64,000 nucleotides of DNA from an uncultured bacterium. GTDB lineage: Bacteria; Babelota; Babeliae; Babelales; Vermiphilaceae. Shown piece by piece: positions 50,676-59,422 of the stretch. Where the stretch lies: the NCBI GenBank assembly GCA_963695335.1, contig OY968764.1, positions 992,001 to 1,056,000 on the forward strand, read 5' to 3'. Positions within the stretch are counted from its first letter, which is position 1; every line of letters begins with the position of its first letter. The translations under genes were made by a program, and so were the position numbers. The notes below the pieces were generated by a model, which made no database searches, was not told the DNA's origin, and was given only the letters and a program-made list of their open reading frames with translations.

Positions 50676-53231
50676 ATGAAATCTACAAAAATGATCCATT
50701 CACTGCTTCTATCTGCACTTTCATTCTGCGCAATTATTCAAGCAGATGCTACTCAGCCCACGGCAAATACCGAAAATAGCGAACCTAGTAAACAAGAAAT
50801 GACGTTAACGCCAGTCCAACAGGCAGAATTAATGAAAATTATCGAGTTTGCAGAAAATGCTATCACTAAATCATTCAGTTCCTTACAAAAAATTGAAAAC
50901 ACACTCACAGAAGTTGCCCTTTTAGTCAGAAAAGGCACCTTACAACTTCCGGTGACTGAACTACAAAATATCATGGCTGTCATTACAGAAAATAAAATGA
51001 TAGTTAATGCATTGCTCAAAAGCCAATCAGAAATAGCAGAACTGCAAGACCCTGCAATGTATTTGGAATACGCTCATCTTATTACAGAATTCTGTAATAG
51101 TTTTATTCCTTATTTTAATAATCACATAAAAAACAATTTTAAAGATGCAAAACCATTCGATCTGAAACATTTTGTAACAGATCTTAATAAAGATAAAAAA
51201 AGATCAAAAGGCAGCCATCTTAAACCAGAAGTATTAAAAGAAGGTCTTAAAAAAACAAAATCTGAACTTTCTGCATTACATCACACGGTAAAAAATATCG
51301 GCCTTACTCACTACAATAAATTTTTCCGTAAAATTGATGAATATATCGTTACTCCTGCAAATAAATGGCATGTACCAACAATTGCATACTATGGTACGGG
51401 AGCTACTCTTTTAAGTGTTTATTTGTTATTACATTTTGGAAATATCTCCGAAACAAATCCTAATCTATTACCATCACTTAACACACTATTACAAAAACTA
51501 AAATCATGGGCTGGTTCTTGGCCTCTTATTGATACTCCAATGGGACCTAGACTACCAAACAATTCTTCACAAAATCCATACGCAACTGAAGGAATAGTTC
51601 CAACAGATGCAAGTTTATTCATTACAACAGATTATGCTATCAATCGATTAATGGGGAGTGGGATACCCCTTGCAACATTTGCGATACAACATTTTTATAC
51701 CTCATTCTCAGAAACATGGAGAAATGACATCTATCCAAAAATAGCTGAAAAAAGAGATGATGTCTGGAATTATTTACGTGGTGGTGAATATCGCAAAAAT
51801 CGTAGAATGGGATTAACTGAGATCAACTCAACGCGTACATTTAAAGATATGGTTGGCCTTGATGAAATTAAAGAAGCATTCTCACAAATTATTCAATACA
51901 TTGACAACCCTGAACAATTGATGCGCCTTGATGCAACTCCAGAAAAAGGATGGTTACTCACAGGACCAACCCGTACTGGTAAATCATTCAGCGTTGAATG
52001 TCTTTCTGGGGAAATAAAACAGATCATGGCCAAACGCGGTAGAGCTAACACCATGAGATTTTTTAGTATCGATTCTTTCTTGATTAATAAATTGGGTATT
52101 AAAGATATTCTAGAACAAATACAAGAAGTTGCACCTGCGGTGATCTTTATTGATGAAATTGATCTGCTTGGATTGAACCGTGTTGGTAATAACCAACTTT
52201 TAAGTGAATTTTTAACATCAATGCAAAGTTCTATGAACGCAGACCCATCTAAAATAGTAATCGTTATTGCAGCAACAAATAATCCAGAAAATATTGATAA
52301 AGCATTACGTCAACCTGGTCGATTTGGTAAAGAGATCCGCTTTGAATATCCATCACGTAAAGATCGTATGACGTTTATTAAACGTGAACTTGAATCTATG
52401 GCAATTGATCTTTCACAATTTGATCTTGAAGCTCTTGTCGATAAAACAAATCAAAAATCTTTTGAAGCGTTGAAACAAGTTATTCTTGGGGCTATGGCTA
52501 AAACTTGGTTTAATGAAGAACCATTAACACAACAAGCACTCGAACGTAGTATCGATAGAGAAATCCATCATATTATTCCATTCAGCCGCAAAGATCTTCC
52601 TGAAAGTGAACTGCGCATTATTGCAACACACTTTGCAGGCAGAGCGATCGCTACAATGTTACTTGAAACACATGACAAACTTGATAAGATAACCATACAT
52701 GCGCATATGCCTGATCTTAAAAATGAAATGGTATGGGATACACTTGCAAAGAAAGATGAAAAAGATCATCAGCAAAAAATTGAATATGGTTACCTTGCAA
52801 CCAAACAACCATATGATTCAATCAACATGAAAACTGAAAGTGTTATTATTAATGAAGCGATCACGCTCATTGCTGGTTTTGCTGCTGAAGAACTTTTACT
52901 CAACTCACGCGGTTTCACATGCCACCCTCAAAGTCATGATCGTGCATTTAAAATAATTACTGATCTGGTATTTGGTGGTCTTAATCAAGACAGCTTGCCA
53001 AAAGCTATCAATCAACAATTAAAGCTACAGGCGTATAACATGCTCAAGAAATGTCATGAAGATGCTATGCAATTATTGCGAATTCATAAAGATGCGTTGG
53101 TTGCTTTAACTGATGAGCTTATGAAAAAACAAATTATGACTGATAAAGAGGTACAAGCTGTTATTGATAAGGCTGAAGGTAAAATTGTTGAAAAGCCTAC
53201 GGCTGATACGACTGAAGAAGCTACTGTGTAA
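50676..53231 (+). CDS. FtsH-like AAA+ ATPase with degenerate M41 protease domain
   Basis: GPTRTGKS Walker A, IFIDEID Walker B, AATNNPENIDKALRQPGRF; HFAGR in place of HEAGH; AGFAAEELL. Confidence 0.88.
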   Translation: MKSTKMIHSLLLSALSFCAIIQADATQPTANTENSEPSKQEMTLTPVQQAELMKIIEFAENAITKSFSSLQKIENTLTEVALLVRKGTLQLPVTELQNIMAVITENKMIVNALLKSQSEIAELQDPAMYLEYAHLITEFCNSFIPYFNNHIKNNFKDAKPFDLKHFVTDLNKDKKRSKGSHLKPEVLKEGLKKTKSELSALHHTVKNIGLTHYNKFFRKIDEYIVTPANKWHVPTIAYYGTGATLLSVYLLLHFGNISETNPNLLPSLNTLLQKLKSWAGSWPLIDTPMGPRLPNNSSQNPYATEGIVPTDASLFITTDYAINRLMGSGIPLATFAIQHFYTSFSETWRNDIYPKIAEKRDDVWNYLRGGEYRKNRRMGLTEINSTRTFKDMVGLDEIKEAFSQIIQYIDNPEQLMRLDATPEKGWLLTGPTRTGKSFSVECLSGEIKQIMAKRGRANTMRFFSIDSFLINKLGIKDILEQIQEVAPAVIFIDEIDLLGLNRVGNNQLLSEFLTSMQSSMNADPSKIVIVIAATNNPENIDKALRQPGRFGKEIRFEYPSRKDRMTFIKRELESMAIDLSQFDLEALVDKTNQKSFEALKQVILGAMAKTWFNEEPLTQQALERSIDREIHHIIPFSRKDLPESELRIIATHFAGRAIATMLLETHDKLDKITIHAHMPDLKNEMVWDTLAKKDEKDHQQKIEYGYLATKQPYDSINMKTESVIINEAITLIAGFAAEELLLNSRGFTCHPQSHDRAFKIITDLVFGGLNQDSLPKAINQQLKLQAYNMLKKCHEDAMQLLRIHKDALVALTDELMKKQIMTDKEVQAVIDKAEGKIVEKPTADTTEEATV

Positions 53232-53256
53232 GCAAATATAATTGCAAAATAAACAG

Positions 53257-53292
53257 AAAGAGGCTATTGGAATTCCAATGGCCTCTTTTTTT
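53257..53292. terminator. Rho-independent terminator
   Basis: aaagaggctattgg-aatt-ccaatggcctcttttttt. Confidence 0.8.
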
Positions 53293-53318
53293 AGTTCTCT
53301 CATTTAATTTTTTCTCTT

Positions 53319-53395
53319 GCGCTCGTCCTGAGCCTGTCGAAGGATTTCTTCGAGCGCTCAAAGATACCCTTCGACAGGCTCAGGGCGAGCGCGGG
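53319..53395. repeat. Inverted REP dimer
   Basis: gcgctcgtcctgagcctgtcgaagga ... cccttcgacaggctcagggcgagcgc. Confidence 0.92.
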
Positions 53396-53420
53396 AGGGT
53401 AGCCTTTTTTTGTTTGTTTT

Positions 53421-53843
53421 TTACTTATCAATCATCTTAATCCGCTCAGCATACCGCCCACCTTTAAATTCTTGTGCAAGCCACAAATCAATCATATTCA
53501 CAGCCTGCTCACACGACACAAAATCAGACGGAATAACTAAAATATTGGCATTATCTTCTAACTTAGATTGCTTTGCAATTTCATCATTCCACGCAACAAC
53601 AGCATAGATATGTTTATATCTATTTGCTGCAATTGCCATGCCACCACCAGAAGCGCATAATAAAACACCAGCGCTGACAGCACCGGTTAATATCAAATCA
53701 ACAACCTTATCTGCAAATATTGGGTAATCTGTGCGTTCTGTATTATAAGTACCAACATCAACCCATTCAATGCTGTGCATATGTTGTGTAATAAACTCTT
53801 TGTGCAAGAAACCGCGATGATCTGTGCCTATGGCAATTTTCAT
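53421..53843 (-). CDS. rpiB: Ribose-5-phosphate isomerase B family
   Basis: IAIGTDHRG, DYP, LCASGGGMAIAANR, NANIL, FKGGRYAERI. Confidence 0.9.
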   Translation of the reverse strand: MKIAIGTDHRGFLHKEFITQHMHSIEWVDVGTYNTERTDYPIFADKVVDLILTGAVSAGVLLCASGGGMAIAANRYKHIYAVVAWNDEIAKQSKLEDNANILVIPSDFVSCEQAVNMIDLWLAQEFKGGRYAERIKMIDK

Positions 53844-54493
53844 GCAACCCCCTCCTCTGCTAATGTTTTAGCGGACAGGTCCCACTCAAACGCAACTTGT
53901 GCTTTTAATGATCTGCAATGCAACGTAATATTTTTTGTTTCGGAAGTGATCAAGAAATTATCATTAATATCTTTAGCATCAAATTTTATGCTATATGGAA
54001 CTTTAAATCTGTTATATTTTTTACCAAAAATATGAATATATTCCGGAACAAGTTCCACTGATTTGGTTTCGATCGGGGAGTAATTTTTATCATCTATCGT
54101 TAAAAATAAACTCCAATCACTATTGGTATCACCAAGTGGTTGGTCATATAAACTCAAAAGATAAAACGATATAAAATGATTATTTTCTTCTAATTGTCGG
54201 CGGAGAAATATTTTTCTTTGTTCATCAGTTTTTGCAAATTTTAAAGCATACAAATCTGCATAATTGGTGCGCACATCATCTGATAACCATAACACATCAA
54301 AGCGAGCTGTTGTTGTTAGCTGATCATATGATGTCACGGAACGGATATATTTTTGTGCTGCTGCAACCGGTGAATTCACGGTTGGTGTTTGTTCAAATGT
54401 TCGCGTTCCCCAATCAACCCATCTTCCACAACTTGGTAATAACAGTATCATCCCGATAATATAAACGATGTTAATTTTCATTAATACTTTCAT
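53840..54493 (-). CDS. Putative lipoprotein
   Basis: Hydrophobic N-terminus with lipobox-like LLPSC. Confidence 0.7.
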   Translation of the reverse strand: MKVLMKINIVYIIGMILLLPSCGRWVDWGTRTFEQTPTVNSPVAAAQKYIRSVTSYDQLTTTARFDVLWLSDDVRTNYADLYALKFAKTDEQRKIFLRRQLEENNHFISFYLLSLYDQPLGDTNSDWSLFLTIDDKNYSPIETKSVELVPEYIHIFGKKYNRFKVPYSIKFDAKDINDNFLITSETKNITLHCRSLKAQVAFEWDLSAKTLAEEGVA

Positions 54494-54544
54494 ATTCCCT
54501 TTTTCCTTTGTAACCTATAATAAAAATTATCTCTAAAATTAAAT

Positions 54545-54728
54545 CCCGCGCTCGCCCTGAGCCTGTTTAACCCCATCTTCAGTTCCTTCAGACGGGGACC
54601 CCGGTTCAGCCCCATTTCCATTTCTTCCAATGGGGACCCCAATTGGAGTAAGACGTAAATTGGGGATAAAAACTGGGGCAAAAGGATATCTTTGAGCGCT
54701 TAATCCTTCAACAAGTTCAGGATGAGCG
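54545..54728. repeat. REP dimer (inverted copy of 53319-53395) interrupted by a 112-bp nested hairpin insert
   Basis: cccgcgctcgccctgagcctgt|insert 54567-54678|caaaaggatatctttgagcgct...tccttcaacaagttcaggatgagcg. Confidence 0.85.
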
Positions 54729-54821
54729 AACTAAGAAATCTAATATCTTTCAAGACTAGAGATAGGTTATAATGTATCGTAATTAAAACAATCATTATTT
54801 ACAATAGCAAGGTTAACAATC

Positions 54822-56060
54822 ATGAATATGACACCGTTTTTTTTAGCTCAACGTATAATACTCAATAATGTGTACCAAAAAAATATCTCTACAATGACTT
54901 TTATCTGTTTTAGTGGAATCTTTATCGGTTCATTCTCATTAGCACTGGTCACAGCAATTATGAACGGTTTTGAAGTAACCATTCATCAAAAAATGCAAGG
55001 AATTCACTCTAATATTATCATTCAATCATATCGCAATGGTATCAACACAGATGTTCTTTCCAAAATTTTACACAAAGAGTTTCCAGAAATAACTGCTTTT
55101 TCTCCTATGGCAACCCATCATGTACTGTTGCGCAGCAATGATCAACAGCAAGAAGATACGCCAATCATCGCAATCATTAAAGGTATCAGCCCACACGCAG
55201 AACAACATACCAGTACATTATCACACAAAATGATACGCACTGTCGATAATCAACCTTTTACGCAACTTTTTACCAACAATCACATTATTATTGGTAAAAA
55301 GCTTGCAGAGTACAACAATATAACCATAGGCGATGAAATAGAACTTCTCTTTTTACGCGATAACCAGATACATGGTAAAAAAGTTATTTTTGATTCAACT
55401 CCTGCAATCGTCTCTGGTATTTTTGACACAGGCATTGATGAATTTGATAACGGCGTTATTTATTGTTCGCTCGATTTTTTGGAAAAGTTATATCCCAACA
55501 TTGATGTTGATCAAATTAATGTCACAACAGCATCCAATGTTAACGAACAACAACTCATACAAAAACTGCGCAAACGCCTGGGTCTTGATGTATATTCTTG
55601 GAAAGATCTCTATCCATCTCTGGTGGCAACATTAAAACTGGAAAAATATGTTTCATTTTTTATTCTCGCTCTCATTCTTCTTGTTGCAAGCATGAACATT
55701 ATTTCTCTTCTTTTTATGCAAATCACACAAAAACGTCCTGATATTGCAATGCTCAAAGCAATGGGAATGCCGCACAGCACAATACGTACAATTTTCTTGA
55801 TTATTGGCATGACAATCAGTTGCATCGCATCTGCAAGTGGTTTAATCGCTGCAATTGTCACGAGTTGGTTGTTACAAAAATACCCTTTTATTACTTTACC
55901 AGACACATACTATGTCACTCAGCTACCCGTTGCTATGAATGGGGAAATTATATGTGCTGTATTTTGCGTTGTTATTCTTTTTACATTTATTGCAACATGG
56001 TTACCAATACGGCAAATTGCAACTATCAATGTTTCTCGCGTTTTACGATTTGAAGGATAA
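54822..56060 (+). CDS. LolC/LolE-family ABC transporter permease
   Basis: AIMNGFE, VASMNIIS, DIAMLKAMG, DTYYVTQLP, VLRFEG. Confidence 0.88.
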   Translation: MNMTPFFLAQRIILNNVYQKNISTMTFICFSGIFIGSFSLALVTAIMNGFEVTIHQKMQGIHSNIIIQSYRNGINTDVLSKILHKEFPEITAFSPMATHHVLLRSNDQQQEDTPIIAIIKGISPHAEQHTSTLSHKMIRTVDNQPFTQLFTNNHIIIGKKLAEYNNITIGDEIELLFLRDNQIHGKKVIFDSTPAIVSGIFDTGIDEFDNGVIYCSLDFLEKLYPNIDVDQINVTTASNVNEQQLIQKLRKRLGLDVYSWKDLYPSLVATLKLEKYVSFFILALILLVASMNIISLLFMQITQKRPDIAMLKAMGMPHSTIRTIFLIIGMTISCIASASGLIAAIVTSWLLQKYPFITLPDTYYVTQLPVAMNGEIICAVFCVVILFTFIATWLPIRQIATINVSRVLRFEG

Positions 56061-56062
56061 AT

Positions 56063-57247
56063 ATGATTCATCCAACATTTTCATCATGGAATATAGAAAA
56101 CAAAAGAGTTTTTTTGCGTGCTGATCTTAACGTTCCATTATTAGATGGAAAAATTGATAATGATTTTCGCTTGATCAGCATATTGCCAACAATAAATTTT
56201 ATTCTTAATAAAAACGGCAGCATTGTTTTAGCCACACATATTGGAAGACCTACAAAGCAAGAACCTGAACTTTCTACACACATTCTTGTACCGTGGTTTA
56301 AGCAGCACGGATATGCAATTCAATTTGTTCCAAACATCTCCGCTATAGCAAATCTTGCTATAGTTCCTAAACAGATTCTTTTAATTGAAAATCTCCGCTT
56401 TTTCCCTGGGGAACAAAACGGAGATATTTTTTTTGCAAAAGAACTTGCGCGCACAGCACAATATTATATTAATGATGCATTTGGCACCGTTCATGAAAAT
56501 GCATGCTCTACAACCTTGCTACCCTATGAATTTCCTGAAAACAGACGTAGCGTTGGTTTGCTCATGGAAAAAGAGTTGCAAGCTCTGAGCATGCTCACAG
56601 AACATCCACCTCGTCCTTTTCTTGCTATTCTTGGTGGTGGAAAAATCAAAGATAAAATTCCACTGATTCATAGTTTATTACAAAAAGTTGATACGCTTGT
56701 TATATGCCCCGCGCTCTGCTTTACGTTCCTTAAAGCAATGGGAAAACCTGTAGGAAAATCATTGGTAGATGATACAATGGTCGATGCTTGTAAAAAAATT
56801 ATAATAGAAGCTGAACGCTCTGGCATATCACTACTTTTTCCCGTTGATTACCAAATAACTCACAGCATATCTCCATTTAGTCCTCCGCTCATCCTGAGCC
56901 TGTCGAAGGAAGCAGATAACTTTCCTGATAATGCAATCGGCATCTCTGTGGGGCCAAAAACAGTTGAGCTTATCTCGCAAGAAATTAACCAAGCACAAAC
57001 AATATTTTTAAACTGTGCAATGGGTTTCTCTGAACACCCTCAAACAGAACAAAGCACAAAAGATATTATTGATGCAATGGCACAATCATCTGCACAAACA
57101 ATCATTGCCGGTGGCGATTCAGTTGATATTGCATTACATACCAAACATTACCAACAGATTACTCACCTTTCAACTGGTGGAGGAGCTGCATTGGCATATC
57201 TGAGTGACAAACTATTACCAGGATTGATCCCATTCGAGGAACAATAA
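56063..57247 (+). CDS. pgk: Phosphoglycerate kinase (divergent, with in-frame REP)
   Basis: RVFLRADLNVP, THIGRP, ENLRF, NDAFGT, GGDS, STGGGA. Confidence 0.92.
   Translation: MIHPTFSSWNIENKRVFLRADLNVPLLDGKIDNDFRLISILPTINFILNKNGSIVLATHIGRPTKQEPELSTHILVPWFKQHGYAIQFVPNISAIANLAIVPKQILLIENLRFFPGEQNGDIFFAKELARTAQYYINDAFGTVHENACSTTLLPYEFPENRRSVGLLMEKELQALSMLTEHPPRPFLAILGGGKIKDKIPLIHSLLQKVDTLVICPALCFTFLKAMGKPVGKSLVDDTMVDACKKIIIEAERSGISLLFPVDYQITHSISPFSPPLILSLSKEADNFPDNAIGISVGPKTVELISQEINQAQTIFLNCAMGFSEHPQTEQSTKDIIDAMAQSSAQTIIAGGDSVDIALHTKHYQQITHLSTGGGAALAYLSDKLLPGLIPFEEQ
56885..56910 (+). repeat. REP unit inside pgk coding sequence
   Basis: ccgctcatcctgagcctgtcgaagga matches 53319-53344 at 24/26 positions. 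Confidence 0.85.
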
Positions 57248-57251
57248 TTTT

Positions 57252-57779
57252 TTAGTAAATGGGACAAAAACCTAACAAGCTGAACCCATCTACCATAACA
57301 TCATGCGCATGATCTTCTTCAGAGGCTTTTTCACATACAAGAAGCCCATGATTATCATGCTTCATATCCCAGGCATAAAAATTGTAATCACCAAAGCCCA
57401 ACTCTTGCGCAATAATTTTTGCCATTTCTTCTGGCGAATGCCCACGGTTTTTATGACTTTCGTAATGAAAAGATCTGACTTTTTGATGGAATGAAGACTC
57501 AGTAATTGCTTTGACAAATTGATCAGGGTTGATCCAAATATTTTCCACCCCCTGCAACTCATTGGTAGAAACCCCTACAATACCTTTGAGACAGTTAAAT
57601 GCAGGATTTTCAACAAAATAGGCTGCTTTGGGGATATTAAAGCAATCCTTACTACAGAGCTCATGTAAAACAAAATCTGTAACGTTTTCAAGCCCATGGA
57701 GCTGTAACATTTTCCTTGGTAATCGTCTCAAATTATCGGCAATTTGGGCATTTCGACTCATCAACATTTCCGGCTTCAT
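57252..57779 (-). CDS. Conserved-looking hypothetical protein
   Basis: 175-aa ORF with aaggag RBS. Confidence 0.7.
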   Translation of the reverse strand: MKPEMLMSRNAQIADNLRRLPRKMLQLHGLENVTDFVLHELCSKDCFNIPKAAYFVENPAFNCLKGIVGVSTNELQGVENIWINPDQFVKAITESSFHQKVRSFHYESHKNRGHSPEEMAKIIAQELGFGDYNFYAWDMKHDNHGLLVCEKASEEDHAHDVMVDGFSLLGFCPIY

Positions 57780-58088
57780 AACTACTCCTTCTCGACACCT
57801 TTTTTACTACTACTCTCTCCCAACATACCCCACCTTACCCGTAACTGCAACTACTCTCAAATAGCTCCAATACATCGTATCATACCTCACTTTCCTAAAA
57901 CAATAATCCCCTTCCAATCGTTCAAATTAAGGAAAAAAAAGCCGGAAATAGTCACCAACCCTACCTTTCCCGTGACAATATTTTCTAATATGATAAAATA
58001 ATAAATAGAAAGAGTTAGAAAAGCTCTTTTTTTTAAGTTATTGTAACGTAGTAATAAAGTATGACGATCTATAAAATAGATATAAAAA

Positions 58089-59153
58089 ATGAAAAAAATA
58101 ACATTATTATGCACTCTTTTGAGTCTTTTTCCCCTTGCAGCACGCAGTCCATTCAGAAAAAAAGACAAAGATATGCCAAAAATAACCCTCGGGTGGAGGC
58201 ATTCTAAAAATCTGGTAACCCATACCAACTGGGCCTACACAGAGTACCCTATCTTTACCTCATTCAATAAAGACTATTTCTACTCACATCTGCTTCCAAA
58301 AAGCACCATCAGCGATGTTCACAACCCAGCAGAATCATACGATTGCCAAGAAATCAACACGCTTATTGAAGATCTTCTAAAAGAAATCAAAAAAGGGAAA
58401 AAACAGTTTACCCATTTTAAACTGTTACAAGATAAAAACTTTAATTATAAAGTTCCCTGTGGACTTCTTGTCCTCCAATTCAAAGATTATCCATTTGTTC
58501 TGAAACTGTTCATGGAAACCCCAAAAACTTTCAGCGATCCGTATTGCAAAGGGTTTGAAACGCAATTCTTCTTTTATATGTCTGGTGGTATGAATAGACA
58601 TATTGCAGGCTTAACACGCGTAAAAAATCTTGAAGTGGTTAATAATGAAATCAAAAACCATCCACGTTGGAATGGTAAAATTACCACTCCTCGTAAATGG
58701 TACTGGTTACCTAAAAGAGCTCGCTGGATGAAAATTAATGGGTATAACGTAGGTGGAAAAAAAGAAGTATCAACCGTTATGCCAGGAACATACGCAATTG
58801 TAGCAGACACGCTTGATACCAAAGAAGATGCTCCAATGCTCTCAGCACAACAACGCAGTGAACTGATAATGGAACTGTGCATGGACCTGCATCTGTTTGT
58901 TGATCCACATTCAGATAATTTTGTTCTTAAATACAACAAAAAAACAAATGATTATGACATCAGCATTGTTGATACGGAACATTTCCCATCAATGGTTGGA
59001 TTAAAAGAAGAACCTTTCTTTAATAATCACCTTGAATGGTTCCTGTATTTAGGCGCAAAATATTTCCAGGATGCGTTTTTACAAACAAAAACCAACCGCC
59101 GCGAAGCGCAACAGCAGCAACATGAAATAAATCCCTGTACTTTGAAGTGGTAA
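58089..59153 (+). CDS. Secreted hypothetical protein
   Basis: Signal peptide; DPHSDNF...IVDTE weakly resembles kinase-like catalytic motifs. Confidence 0.7.
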   Translation: MKKITLLCTLLSLFPLAARSPFRKKDKDMPKITLGWRHSKNLVTHTNWAYTEYPIFTSFNKDYFYSHLLPKSTISDVHNPAESYDCQEINTLIEDLLKEIKKGKKQFTHFKLLQDKNFNYKVPCGLLVLQFKDYPFVLKLFMETPKTFSDPYCKGFETQFFFYMSGGMNRHIAGLTRVKNLEVVNNEIKNHPRWNGKITTPRKWYWLPKRARWMKINGYNVGGKKEVSTVMPGTYAIVADTLDTKEDAPMLSAQQRSELIMELCMDLHLFVDPHSDNFVLKYNKKTNDYDISIVDTEHFPSMVGLKEEPFFNNHLEWFLYLGAKYFQDAFLQTKTNRREAQQQQHEINPCTLKW

Positions 59154-59179
59154 TAGAATCTATTCCAATCTAATTTGCA

Positions 59180-59301
59180 CCCTTCGATACACCCCTACGG
59201 GGCACTTAGGGCGAGCGGACTGGATAAAAAATTAAAGATCTACATATTACATTTCTTCCGCTCGCCCTGAGTGTTTTTGCTTGCAAAAATGTATCGAAGG
59301 G
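59180..59301. repeat. REP pair, long variant with internal hairpins
   Basis: cccttcgataca[cccctacgggg]cacttagggcgagcgg and ccgctcgccctgagtg[tttttgcttgcaaaaa]tgtatcgaaggg. Confidence 0.85.
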
Positions 59302-59422
59302 TATGCGTTAAAAAAATAAAAAAAACCTAAAAACGCCGTGTCTACGGGACCTGTTGCTGGTTTTTTCAATTTGAATTACAATTAATAATAATGAGAAAGA
59401 ACCTTAAAAAAGGGTATAAATT

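Noticed and set aside
54567..54678. Mini CRISPR array (ggggacccc repeats)
   Set aside because: Repeat is 9 bp, two copies, spacers self-complementary, no cas genes.
54490..54681. 63-aa ORF
   Set aside because: Translation of the nested repeat.
57790..57975. G-poor, C-rich intergenic stretch as ncRNA, and ORFs 57744-58001 and 57887-58228
   Set aside because: No recognisable structure or protein features; could be strand skew.
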